A DNA stretch of 55,246 nt from IMG/VR virus record IMGVR_UViG_3300045988_088672. The stretch is one strand, 5' to 3'. The notes under the pieces were generated by a model, which was not told where the DNA came from, made no database searches, and saw only the letters and a program-made list of their open reading frames with translations. The translations under genes and the position numbers were made by a program. Source of the stretch: a virus. Below, piece after piece: positions 1 through 7,518 of the stretch (positions are counted from its first letter, which is position 1; every line of letters begins with the position of its first letter).

Positions 1-99
1 AGATTTATTATCTGCGGCAGTTAAAGAGATACATGAACATTTATCCGAACAGGACAGAAAGATTGATTTAATTCTAAAAAAGTTAGGAGTTGATTATAA
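1..99. repeat. Terminal direct repeat, copy 1 (identical to 55148..55246)
   Basis: Read directly: bases 1-99 (AGATTTATTATCTGCGGCAG...GGAGTTGATTATAA) recur exactly as the last 99 bases of the window. Confidence 0.95.
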
Positions 100-133
100 T
101 GACCAAAATAAAGAAGTTAGCCGAACACATTGA
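2..133 (+). CDS. 3' end of the junction-spanning ORF that starts at 55047 (hypothetical 77-aa protein)
   Basis: The frame of the ORF at 55047 continues through the repeat and stops at TGA 131-133 (...LGVDYNDQNKEVSRTH*). It is only complete if the molecule is circularised. Confidence 0.5.
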   Translation, partial: DLLSAAVKEIHEHLSEQDRKIDLILKKLGVDYNDQNKEVSRTH

Positions 134-398
134 AGAAGAAATTTGTGGAGCTAAAGAATACGCTGAAAAATACGTTGAATGTAAAGCAAAAGGTGATACA
201 GCTTGGGCGAATCGTTATAAGGAAATGGCAAATGATGAGTTGAAGCACGCTGGGTATCTGCATGATAAAGCTGTTCAGGATATTGAAGAAATTTCCAAGG
301 TTTATAAACCAACAGAAGAAATGGAAGAAAAATGGGAAAAATGCCATAAGAAATTCGTGGAAAAAACCGCTTGGATAAAGCAGATGCTTTCGATGTAG
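99..398 (+). CDS. Hypothetical helical protein (possible ExxH ferritin-like half-motif)
   Basis: ORF track 90..398. ATG at 99 is preferred because GGAG lies at 86-89. The motif DELKHAGYLH is noted, but no firm family is assigned. Confidence 0.6.
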   Translation: MTKIKKLAEHIEEEICGAKEYAEKYVECKAKGDTAWANRYKEMANDELKHAGYLHDKAVQDIEEISKVYKPTEEMEEKWEKCHKKFVEKTAWIKQMLSM

Positions 399-408
399 AG
401 GTGATTAT

Positions 409-750
409 ATGACATTTAAGGAAAGCGTCCCTATTGCTAAGAAGTTAGCGGAGAATGAATTAAAAAAGCACTTTGATGCAGAGGCTTTTATAATACTTGC
501 ATTGTTGGATAAAATGGATGTATTCGTTGACCTTGTTCCGGAAAGCACAATAGATGAATCAATAGAAAATATTCAAGATTTATTTGTGGAATATATGCAT
601 CATAGGAATCTTGATAACCTAGAAATTCTTTTATCAACAATAAGGAAGATGCTTTCTGAATTGTATATGTCATGCGATACAGAAGAAAAAGAAGTATTCA
701 AAAAACACCTAACAACTTTACAAAATATACCAAAAATAAATATCATATAA
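409..750 (+). CDS. Hypothetical protein
   Basis: ORF track, 113 aa. SD GAGGTG lies upstream and the gene is tightly packed after the previous one. Confidence 0.6.
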   Translation: MTFKESVPIAKKLAENELKKHFDAEAFIILALLDKMDVFVDLVPESTIDESIENIQDLFVEYMHHRNLDNLEILLSTIRKMLSELYMSCDTEEKEVFKKHLTTLQNIPKINII

Positions 751-751
751 G

Positions 752-785
752 ATAAGAGGGGGATAAAAACCTCTCTTATTTTTTC
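752..785 (+). terminator. Rho-independent terminator
   Basis: A 10-bp stem pairs ATAAGAGGGG with CCTCTCTTAT (one G-U pair), followed by a T5 run directly after the stop at 750. Confidence 0.7.
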
Positions 786-803
786 TCAAAATACATAAAA
801 CTA

Positions 804-832
804 TTGACATTTCTATTTTTATGTGTTACAAT
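804..832 (+). promoter_or_regulatory. Early-class promoter cassette copy 1 (TTGACA-17-TGT-TACAAT)
   Basis: TTGACA 804-809, 17-bp spacer TTTCTATTTTTATGTGT, TACAAT 827-832 with extended -10 TG. The core is identical at 3537, 20222, 25693 and 30978. Confidence 0.75.
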
Positions 833-863
833 AAAAACATAATAAAACAAGGAGGACAAAGAT

Positions 864-1085
864 ATGGAAGGAAAGGTAATTATACATAAACAGAAAGAGC
901 CAAATAAACAAGGATTTTTATTTTACATGACCGGGACAAGAACGGTAATCACAAACTGGGATGAAGATGGAAATTATTACCCGGAAGGAAAAGAAGAAAC
1001 CGAAGAAGTAAGAAACAGATTTGAAACACTGGAAGAAGCTGTTTCCTACGCAAAAGAAAATAATTATTCATATATGACAATGTAA
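864..1085 (+). CDS. Hypothetical protein
   Basis: ORF track, 73 aa. AAGGAGG SD lies 8 nt upstream. Confidence 0.6.
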   Translation: MEGKVIIHKQKEPNKQGFLFYMTGTRTVITNWDEDGNYYPEGKEETEEVRNRFETLEEAVSYAKENNYSYMTM

Positions 1086-1103
1086 AGAGAGGAGATACAC
1101 AAT

Positions 1104-1277
1104 ATGAAGAATAAAAACGGTTATATAAAAATGGCACGAGAAGCAACAAACAGAATAAACGCTATGGAAGACAAAGTAGCAAAAGAATTATACGGATGTA
1201 CATGGGATGAATTAGATTATGACGATAAAGAAGTATGTACATATGAAGCGTATGATAGATTGAATGGAGGAAATTAG
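1104..1277 (+). CDS. Hypothetical small protein (57 aa, not in ORF track)
   Basis: Hand translation gives MKNKNGYIKMAREATNRINAMEDKVAKELYGCTWDELDYDDKEVCTYEAYDRLNGGN*. SD GAGAGGAGA lies at 1087-1095. The ORF fills an otherwise empty gap. Confidence 0.5.
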   Translation: MKNKNGYIKMAREATNRINAMEDKVAKELYGCTWDELDYDDKEVCTYEAYDRLNGGN

Positions 1278-1280
1278 CAT

Positions 1281-1427
1281 ATGACTATTAAAACTTGGAA
1301 AATATGGGGAAGTGATTTATCCCCAATCTATATAATAGGAAAAAATGTAGACGAAGTTCTGCATCAAGCAAGACTAATTAACGAAGGATATAATACAGTT
1401 CAATTATATAGCAAGGAGGAACTATAA
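1281..1427 (+). CDS. Hypothetical small protein (48 aa, not in ORF track)
   Basis: Hand translation gives MTIKTWKIWGSDLSPIYIIGKNVDEVLHQARLINEGYNTVQLYSKEEL*. SD GGAGGAAA is upstream. The stop abuts the ATG of the next gene. Confidence 0.5.
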   Translation: MTIKTWKIWGSDLSPIYIIGKNVDEVLHQARLINEGYNTVQLYSKEEL

Positions 1428-1428
1428 A

Positions 1429-1740
1429 ATGATACATTCAGTTACTTTACAACAGGAAATCAAAAAATGGTGGAGAAAATTAGATAAAGTTATGACAGTT
1501 GCAGAAAGTTTAGATGATATAAAAATAGGAGATTGTACATTTAGACCTTGGGGAGCTAAACATCCTTACAATATGAAAACTAAATGTACATCAACTTATT
1601 TAAGAACTTTTCAAAGTACGAAACCAGTTGAAAATACAAAAGGAGAAATCGTATATCCAATATTAGATGTATATATTGATATTTGTGAAGGAAGAAAATA
1701 CACATCTTATAAAAAAGTTAGATGTCATTGTTCTTGTTAA
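1429..1740 (+). CDS. Hypothetical protein
   Basis: ORF track, 103 aa. AAGGAGGA SD is upstream. Confidence 0.6.
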   Translation: MIHSVTLQQEIKKWWRKLDKVMTVAESLDDIKIGDCTFRPWGAKHPYNMKTKCTSTYLRTFQSTKPVENTKGEIVYPILDVYIDICEGRKYTSYKKVRCHCSC

Positions 1741-1757
1741 AAAGGAGGAATTAGTAA

Positions 1758-3473
1758 ATGATTAGAATAAGCATCGGAGAGCCTGATAAACTCTCCAATA
1801 ATATTTTAGTAAAAAAATCTGCATTTGTAAACTTCGACTATAACCCGGATATTATAAATTTTATAAAAAAGATGGGAACGAGGATATATAACCCGAATAA
1901 CCATACGTGGGAGATGCCTATAAATAATATCATATCCCTATGCAATAAATTTGAAAATGAAGAAATTCAAATATCCGGAATATATGAAGATTTGCACAAG
2001 CAGAAATTTGAGATTGATATTCCAAAAGACTTTGAATTTAAAACAAAGCCATTCAATCATCAGATTGATGGTGTACGGTTTGGTCTTAATAAGAAGAAGT
2101 TCCTGTTATGTGATGATCAAGGACTTGGAAAAACAAAACAGATTATAGACTTCGTTGGGTGCCTTGAAAAAACAGATACAATCAACAAAGTTCTTATCGT
2201 ATGTGGTGTAAACTCCTTAAAATATAACTGGCAGTCAGAAATTGAAACACATTCTAACGAAAAAGGGTGGGTGTTAGGAACAAGATTTAGAAAAACAACA
2301 GGTAAAGCATATGAGGGAAGTACAAAAGATAAAATTGATGACTTAAATAACTTACCAGATTGCAGATATATAATCACTAATATTGAAACACTCCGGGCAG
2401 GTTCAGAAAAGATTAGCAAAACAAAATATCATTTTCCTATTGCAGAGAAATTACAGGAATTATGCAAAGATGGAACAATATCAGTGATTGCATTTGATGA
2501 ATGTCACAAATCAAAAGAACCTACTTCTTTACAGAGTCGTGCCATGATAAATGTAACTGCAAAATATATGGTTGCTATGAGTGGGACACCACTTATGAAC
2601 AATCCACTTGATTTATATTTCCCTATGAAATGGTTGGGATATGAAAATCATAGTTTTTATCAATTCAAACAGCATTATTGTAACTTTGGCGGATGGGGAG
2701 GCTCACAGATAGTTGGATATAAGAATCTTGATGAAATCAGAGCAATGATGGACAACATTATGCTGAGAAGATTAAAAATGGAAGTTCTTGATCTTCCAGA
2801 AAAAATCAGAAAAATTGAATATGTGGATATGACACCGAAGCAGTCACAGATTTATAAAGAAGTTTATAATGGTGTCATGAATGAAGTTCATAAAATCAAG
2901 TTTTCCAATAATCCTCTTTCCATGATGATTAGATTAAGACAGACAACCGGATGGACAGGAATTATTTCAGAAAAAATACAGGAATCCGCTAAAATGGATA
3001 GAATGATTGAACTTGTTGAAGAAATCACACAGAGCGGGCAGAAGGCAATCATTTTTAGCAACTGGGAAAGTATGACGGAAGTTGCAAAAGAAAAACTTAA
3101 AGAATATAAACCAGCTTATATCACAGGTGCAACAAAGGCAGAAGAAAGAATGGTTGAAGTTGAAAGATTTCAAAATGATCCATCTTGCAAAGTTATCATT
3201 GGAACCATTGGTGCAATGGGAACTGGACTCACACTGACAGCTGCACAGAATGTTATATTTTTAGACGAACCTTGGAACAGAGCATTAAGAGATCAGGCAG
3301 AAGATAGAGCACATAGAATTGGAACAAAAGGAACAGTTAATATCACATTTCTTTGTTGTAAAAATACGATTGATGAACGTATTCATAACCTTGTTGAAAA
3401 GAAAGGACAGATCAGTGATGCATTAGTTGATGGAAAGATTAGTGTTGATGATATTAACTATCTTCTTTCTTAA
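1758..3473 (+). CDS. SNF2/Rad54-family helicase
   Basis: Motifs DDQGLGKT (Walker A), FDECHK (DExH) and GTGLTLT...DEPWN...QAEDRAHRIG (helicase C motifs V/VI) are typical of SNF2 ATPases. Confidence 0.85.
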   Translation: MIRISIGEPDKLSNNILVKKSAFVNFDYNPDIINFIKKMGTRIYNPNNHTWEMPINNIISLCNKFENEEIQISGIYEDLHKQKFEIDIPKDFEFKTKPFNHQIDGVRFGLNKKKFLLCDDQGLGKTKQIIDFVGCLEKTDTINKVLIVCGVNSLKYNWQSEIETHSNEKGWVLGTRFRKTTGKAYEGSTKDKIDDLNNLPDCRYIITNIETLRAGSEKISKTKYHFPIAEKLQELCKDGTISVIAFDECHKSKEPTSLQSRAMINVTAKYMVAMSGTPLMNNPLDLYFPMKWLGYENHSFYQFKQHYCNFGGWGGSQIVGYKNLDEIRAMMDNIMLRRLKMEVLDLPEKIRKIEYVDMTPKQSQIYKEVYNGVMNEVHKIKFSNNPLSMMIRLRQTTGWTGIISEKIQESAKMDRMIELVEEITQSGQKAIIFSNWESMTEVAKEKLKEYKPAYITGATKAEERMVEVERFQNDPSCKVIIGTIGAMGTGLTLTAAQNVIFLDEPWNRALRDQAEDRAHRIGTKGTVNITFLCCKNTIDERIHNLVEKKGQISDALVDGKISVDDINYLLS

Positions 3474-3479
3474 TACACA

Positions 3480-3515
3480 TTCCCACATCTTAATAGGGGT
3501 GGGAAATTTTTTTTT
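3480..3515 (+). terminator. Rho-independent terminator
   Basis: Stem TTCCCAC/GTGGGAA followed by a T10 run. Confidence 0.75.
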
Positions 3516-3536
3516 GAAAAAGTTTACATAAAAGTG

Positions 3537-3565
3537 TTGACATTTCTATTTTTATGTGTTACAAT
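3537..3565 (+). promoter_or_regulatory. Early-class promoter cassette copy 2
   Basis: TTGACATTTCTATTTTTATGTGTTACAAT is identical to the copy at 804. Confidence 0.75.
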
Positions 3566-3599
3566 AAAAACATAATAAAGAAAGGTAAAGGTGATTATT

Positions 3600-3908
3600 A
3601 TGTTAGAAAGAAATAAAAGCTATGAAATGAAAGAATGGTTTGCAAACAAATTTGCAAAAGAAAACGGATTTGATATGTGTAGTGGCTGGTTAGTAGCCAT
3701 TATGAAAGAAAGTGAAAAAGCAGTATACGCAATGGTTCAGATCTGCGGAGCAAGCAGAAAATGCACATGGATTCCAAAATCTTGTTTAGAATCTTATGAA
3801 GTCGGGAATGATGGTTTTATGAATCATTTTGAAACGACGTTTGAAGAAGATTATAACAAATGTGTTGAGATCTTTAAAGACCACTGCTTCATGTATGATT
3901 TGGTATAA
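3600..3908 (+). CDS. Hypothetical protein
   Basis: ORF track 3591..3908. ATG at 3600 is preferred because the SD-like AAAGGTGA leader lies upstream. Confidence 0.6.
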   Translation: MLERNKSYEMKEWFANKFAKENGFDMCSGWLVAIMKESEKAVYAMVQICGASRKCTWIPKSCLESYEVGNDGFMNHFETTFEEDYNKCVEIFKDHCFMYDLV

Positions 3909-3940
3909 TTTGGTACATATTTGAAAGGAGGTGATAAAAC

Positions 3941-4258
3941 TTGATAGAGAAATTTTCAACCGCCCGAGCGGCACAGATATTGGATGTTTCTACCAACACT
4001 CTGAAGCGTTGGTATAAGTGGTATCATTCCGATGATTACCAAAAACCTACAGGCTTAAAATTGCCGGAGCCTGAAATATCTGGAAATGGAACGATGTTCT
4101 TCACAACGGAACAAGTACAGGAACTTCATAAGTTTCAGACGGACCTCCGGACTATTTATAGAGGGGCTATGGCAGAATTTAATGCCGCATATCAGTGGGG
4201 AAAACGTGGAACAAAGATTATGAACATTGGAAAACAATTTAAGAAAGGAGAAAAATAA
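3941..4258 (+). CDS. MerR/excisionase-type HTH DNA-binding protein
   Basis: The N-terminus FSTARAAQILDVSTNTLKRWYKW is a classic MerR/HTH_17-like helix-turn-helix. TTG start lies 10 nt after AGGAGG. Confidence 0.55.
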   Translation: MIEKFSTARAAQILDVSTNTLKRWYKWYHSDDYQKPTGLKLPEPEISGNGTMFFTTEQVQELHKFQTDLRTIYRGAMAEFNAAYQWGKRGTKIMNIGKQFKKGEK

Positions 4259-4260
4259 AG

Positions 4261-4668
4261 ATGAGTAGAAGAGATGGAAAGCCTGAATTTGATTTGTCTA
4301 AAGTTATAGACGAATACAAAGAATCAAAGGACCGAGAAAATACTTTGAAAAAGGCAAATGAACGCATGGGGAAAGATATCAAGCAGTATATGCTTGATAA
4401 AGACATGACGAAAGCAAATGGTGAGAAATACAGCGTAACAATGTCTAAAACCGTTAAGCAAAAACTGAATGAAGATTTAGCCATTGAGATTATTAAAGAA
4501 AATCTTGGCGGGGCATTGTTGGCATCTGTTATTAAGCAGAAAGAGTATATTGATGAAGATGCGCTTGAAAAGCTTGTCTACAATGGTGATTTTGATATTG
4601 CTAAACTTGCCAAGGCTGAAATCAACACAACGACATATACGCTCCGAACAAGCGTTATAAAAGGATGA
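4261..4668 (+). CDS. Hypothetical coiled-coil protein (possibly Sipho_Gp157-like)
   Basis: ORF track, 135 aa, charged helical N-terminal half. The family call is tentative. Confidence 0.5.
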   Translation: MSRRDGKPEFDLSKVIDEYKESKDRENTLKKANERMGKDIKQYMLDKDMTKANGEKYSVTMSKTVKQKLNEDLAIEIIKENLGGALLASVIKQKEYIDEDALEKLVYNGDFDIAKLAKAEINTTTYTLRTSVIKG

Positions 4669-4679
4669 GGTGATTTATA

Positions 4680-4886
4680 ATGAAATGTCCAAAATGTGGA
4701 AGTGAAGATGTAACCACTTCCGTGAATATGTATACGAAATCAAAGAAAAGAAGTTTTCTGTGGAATCTTTTAATGATTCTACTAACTGGAGGACTTTGGA
4801 TTATTTGGATGTGTGTACGTGCAAAAAAAGAAAAAGTAGTTAAAAAGAAATATCACATTTGCCAAAACTGCGGTAAATGTTGGTAA
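4680..4886 (+). CDS. Zinc-ribbon membrane protein
   Basis: CPKCG...CQNCGKC pairs flank a hydrophobic segment, LWNLLMILLTGGLWIIWMCV. Confidence 0.55.
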   Translation: MKCPKCGSEDVTTSVNMYTKSKKRSFLWNLLMILLTGGLWIIWMCVRAKKEKVVKKKYHICQNCGKCW

Positions 4887-4910
4887 ATAAAAAAATGGAG
4901 GTAAATAATT

Positions 4911-5468
4911 ATGATGAAATGTAAATGGGCTGGAGACCCAAATGACGAATACTGTAAGAACTGTGACGGTGTGACAATGGATGTAGATGGCAATTCTATT
5001 TCTTGTTCAGAATGTGCCGGATATGAAGCCGGTACAGAAGAGGTAGATTCTACGCCGGATATGAATGAACCAATTCCGGATAAAGTAAAAGAATCATTGC
5101 CGATTGAAGAAGCAAAGAATGCTAAATCTGAGAACAATGAAAAACCGTCCAAAAACAACAAGTCTAACAACAATACACCTAAAGAAGAAAAACCGCTTAA
5201 ATCGAAAAATAACAAAGCCACAAAGGTAAAAGAAGAAAAGAAAGCCGTTGAGAAAACAGCTAAAGATGAAAATGGACAAGTAAAAGTTGTTTCCATGAGA
5301 TATACATCAGGCGCCACCATTAAGCGAAATGATAACTATTTCAAGTTTATTGCAGAAGAAGAATGGGATGTATCACAGGTGGATAATGTTGAGGACGTGA
5401 GAGGACAGCTCTGGGCGAAGTTGAATGGGGAGGTAGATAAACAGATTGAAGAATTACAAAATTTATAA
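4911..5468 (+). CDS. Hypothetical protein with Cys-rich N-terminus and Lys-rich low-complexity linker
   Basis: ORF track, 185 aa. Contains CKWAGDPNDEYCKNCDG...CSEC, then a K/N/E-rich tract. Confidence 0.55.
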   Translation: MMKCKWAGDPNDEYCKNCDGVTMDVDGNSISCSECAGYEAGTEEVDSTPDMNEPIPDKVKESLPIEEAKNAKSENNEKPSKNNKSNNNTPKEEKPLKSKNNKATKVKEEKKAVEKTAKDENGQVKVVSMRYTSGATIKRNDNYFKFIAEEEWDVSQVDNVEDVRGQLWAKLNGEVDKQIEELQNL

Positions 5469-5476
5469 ATTAAATC

Positions 5477-5505
5477 TTGTAATCTAAAAAATCTTGTGTT
5501 ATAAT
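5477..5505 (+). promoter_or_regulatory. Putative promoter (TTGTAA-17-TGT-TATAAT)
   Basis: TTGTAA 5477-5482, 17-bp spacer, TATAAT 5500-5505 preceded by TGT (extended -10). Confidence 0.55.
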
Positions 5506-5508
5506 ATA

Positions 5509-5655
5509 GTTGCGAGTTGAATAATACCTAATTTAATATATAACAAAAATATCCTTGTTATAAATAGGTGTACCTTTTCGTACACAACCAACTTTTTTAT
5601 TCAACTCGCAACTGATTAAAAAAGAAAGGTACATCTATTTATACCAAGGATTTTT
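5509..5655 (+). promoter_or_regulatory. Highly structured 5' leader of the initiator gene with nested and alternative helices
   Basis: A 16-bp perfect inverted repeat pairs GTTGCGAGTTGAATAA (5509-5524) with TTATTCAACTCGCAAC (5597-5612). An inner hairpin is GTGTAC-CTTTTC-GTACAC. A second imperfect ~28-nt complementarity joins 5545-5573 to 5628-5655 and reaches the SD region. Confidence 0.6.
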
Positions 5656-5673
5656 AATTGAAAGGAGAATTAA

Positions 5674-6507
5674 ATGATAAACAATGAAAATTATATAACA
5701 ATTCAGGGCTGGATGGTTAATGATTTAAAATTGAAAGGAAATGCTTTGATCATATATGCAACGATTTATGGATTTTCTCAAACCGCAGACTGTAAGTTTA
5801 CAGGAAGTGCTAATTATTTGGCGGAATGGTGTGGATGCTCCAGACAAACAATAATGACCACGCTTAATAAATTAGTTGTGGATAATTTAATCATAAAAAC
5901 CGAAGAATTTAAGAACAATGTTAAGTTCTGCTCCTACCATGTCAATTTGACAGGATGTAAAGATTCTTTACAGGGAGGTGTCAAAAAATTTGACAGGGGG
6001 GTGTCAAAAAATTTGACAGGGGGGTGTCAAAATTCTTTACACAATAATATAGATAAAAACAATAGAAATAAAACTATAGAAGATAATATAGATAAGAAAA
6101 ATTCTAAAAAGAAATCTAAGATTGATACTAAAATCGAATCAATAGAAAAGAAATGTTTAGAATATGATTTAGAAGATGATACTATAGAGCTTTTAAGTAG
6201 ATTTTTTAGAAATCTTTTAGAAAATCATAAAATGGTTACAGAGGATAAGGTAAATGCAATTTTAACGAAACTAGCAAAAGTAAACACAAAAACTCAGATA
6301 AATGCTATTCAGCTATCTCTTGATAATGGGTATATGAATATAGACCCGGAGTGGTTACAGAACAAAAACAATTCCTATAGTGGAACCGGTAAATGTTCAA
6401 AAGAACTATCCTGGAGAACACATGAAGAAATGGAAGAATCAGAAAAGAAAAGACAAGAATTTTTTGAAAAAGTAAGAAACAATGATTCATCAATACATCA
6501 TTTTTAA
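5674..6507 (+). CDS. Putative replication initiator / replisome organiser (N-terminal winged-helix)
   Basis: The N-terminal domain GNALIIYATIYGFSQ...GSANYLAEWCGCSRQTIMTTLNKLV is typical of phage and plasmid HTH replication proteins. The gene sits upstream of the DnaC-like and DnaB genes and contains iterons. Confidence 0.55.
   Translation: MINNENYITIQGWMVNDLKLKGNALIIYATIYGFSQTADCKFTGSANYLAEWCGCSRQTIMTTLNKLVVDNLIIKTEEFKNNVKFCSYHVNLTGCKDSLQGGVKKFDRGVSKNLTGGCQNSLHNNIDKNNRNKTIEDNIDKKNSKKKSKIDTKIESIEKKCLEYDLEDDTIELLSRFFRNLLENHKMVTEDKVNAILTKLAKVNTKTQINAIQLSLDNGYMNIDPEWLQNKNNSYSGTGKCSKELSWRTHEEMEESEKKRQEFFEKVRNNDSSIHHF
5977..6041 (+). repeat. Iteron array: 23-bp tandem repeat x2.8 (GGTGTCAAAAAATTTGACAGGGG) inside the initiator gene
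   Basis: Exact copies lie at 5977-5999 and 6000-6022, a partial copy at 6023-6041, and a short variant TGTCAATTTGACAGG at 5940-5954. Each unit holds the palindrome TGTCAAA/TTTGACA. The 23-bp period is not a multiple of 3. Confidence 0.85.
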
Positions 6508-6521
6508 AGGAGGAATATAAA

Positions 6522-6881
6522 ATGGCATATAAAGGAGCATATAAGGCTAAAGATGAGAAGTATCTGAAAGAATTGGTTTTGGGGTGTATAACTGATGAAC
6601 CTACAAGACTCAGTTCAGCTAAAATAGCAAATTACCTTGGCTTAAGTTCAAGGGACGTTCGCCTGCTAGTGCAAAAGTTAAGGGATGACGGATACCCAAT
6701 ATGTGCTACACCAGAACAAGGGTACTGGATGGCAAGAACAAGCTGGGATATGAATGATACAATGAGTAAGCTAAAATCACATATCGAAAACAGTACAGAT
6801 ACTTATAACTCGCTTGTTTATTGTCAAAATGTTTTAAAGCGAAAGGAAGGAAACAATGAATATACAGAATTGCTGGTATAA
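6522..6881 (+). CDS. Winged-helix DNA-binding protein
   Basis: SSAKIANYLGLSSRDVRLLVQKLRDDGYPI resembles an HTH_11-like wHTH. Confidence 0.45.
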   Translation: MAYKGAYKAKDEKYLKELVLGCITDEPTRLSSAKIANYLGLSSRDVRLLVQKLRDDGYPICATPEQGYWMARTSWDMNDTMSKLKSHIENSTDTYNSLVYCQNVLKRKEGNNEYTELLV

Positions 6882-7518
6882 AAGAATATGTACAGAAAAA
6901 TGTACGGAAAACTGCATAAGGTATAAGCTGATGTATTCATTATTCAAGCAATCTAATCTTCCCGAAGCATTGTGGAATTATAAAGAGCTGATGTGCCATG
7001 AAAAAGATTTGCAAGTTTATAAGAAATTACAAGCAAAATCAGATGCAATTTTGAATTTTATTGAAGAAGGCAATAACTTATACATCTACTCCGAAAACTG
7101 TGGAAATGGTAAGACAACATGGGCTATTAGATTGATGTATTCATACTTCGATAAGATATGGCATAAGAGTTGCTTTGACTGCAAAGCTTTGTTTGTCAGT
7201 GTTCCTAAATTTCTGTATAATTGCAAGCGTTCAATTTCGCAGGATGTAAAAGGCTTTGAAGAATTATGTAATCTTATTAGCGAGGTAGATTTTGTTATAT
7301 GGGATGATGTAGGGGAAATGAAAGCAAGTGACTACGAGCATCAGATATTATTCCAATATATTGATAATAGAATCAACTCCAAAAAGAGCAACATTTACAC
7401 AAGCAATAAGAATAAGGAACAGCTTGAAGATGTGTTGGGTGTAAGACTTGCAAGTCGGATATATAATTGTTCTGAGTGTATAGAATTTGTAGAAGAAGAT
7501 AAGAGAGGTAAATACTAA
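6856..7518 (+). CDS. DnaC/IstB-like AAA+ helicase loader
   Basis: Walker A GNGKTT and Walker B VIWDDVG are present. The gene sits immediately upstream of DnaB. Confidence 0.7.
   Translation: MNIQNCWYKRICTEKCTENCIRYKLMYSLFKQSNLPEALWNYKELMCHEKDLQVYKKLQAKSDAILNFIEEGNNLYIYSENCGNGKTTWAIRLMYSYFDKIWHKSCFDCKALFVSVPKFLYNCKRSISQDVKGFEELCNLISEVDFVIWDDVGEMKASDYEHQILFQYIDNRINSKKSNIYTSNKNKEQLEDVLGVRLASRIYNCSECIEFVEEDKRGKY

Noticed and set aside
90-101. N-terminal MIIM extensions (starts at 90, 3591 and 20288) given by the ORF track
   Set aside because: These arise from a conserved GGTGATTATTATG-type leader, where GTG or TTG lies inside the SD-to-ATG spacer. The ATG at 99, 3600 or 20297 is better spaced from the SD.
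1951-2148. Plus-strand internal out-of-frame ORFs: 1951..2148, 9680..9868, 12265..12462, 13297..13542, 19747..19962, 21539..21730, 46615..46908, 47991..48182, 48204..48392, 48729..49058 and 50746..51102
   Set aside because: They are embedded in alternative frames of longer genes with clear motifs. They have no independent translation signals.
4853-5320. Minus-strand ORFs in the six-frame track, for example 4853..5320, 8284..8691, 9180..9587, 9736..10152, 12252..12539, 19016..19309, 26597..26926, 36995..37348, 48719..49063, 49287..49634 and 53885..54181
   Set aside because: All lie antisense inside well-supported plus-strand genes. They lack SD sequences and have low-complexity Leu/Phe/Ser-rich translations typical of shadow ORFs in AT-rich DNA. 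I support no minus-strand gene.
5977-6041. Could the 23-bp direct repeats be a mini-CRISPR array?
   Set aside because: The units are directly abutting with no spacers, there are only about 2.8 copies, and they lie inside a coding region. They are iterons, not CRISPR.
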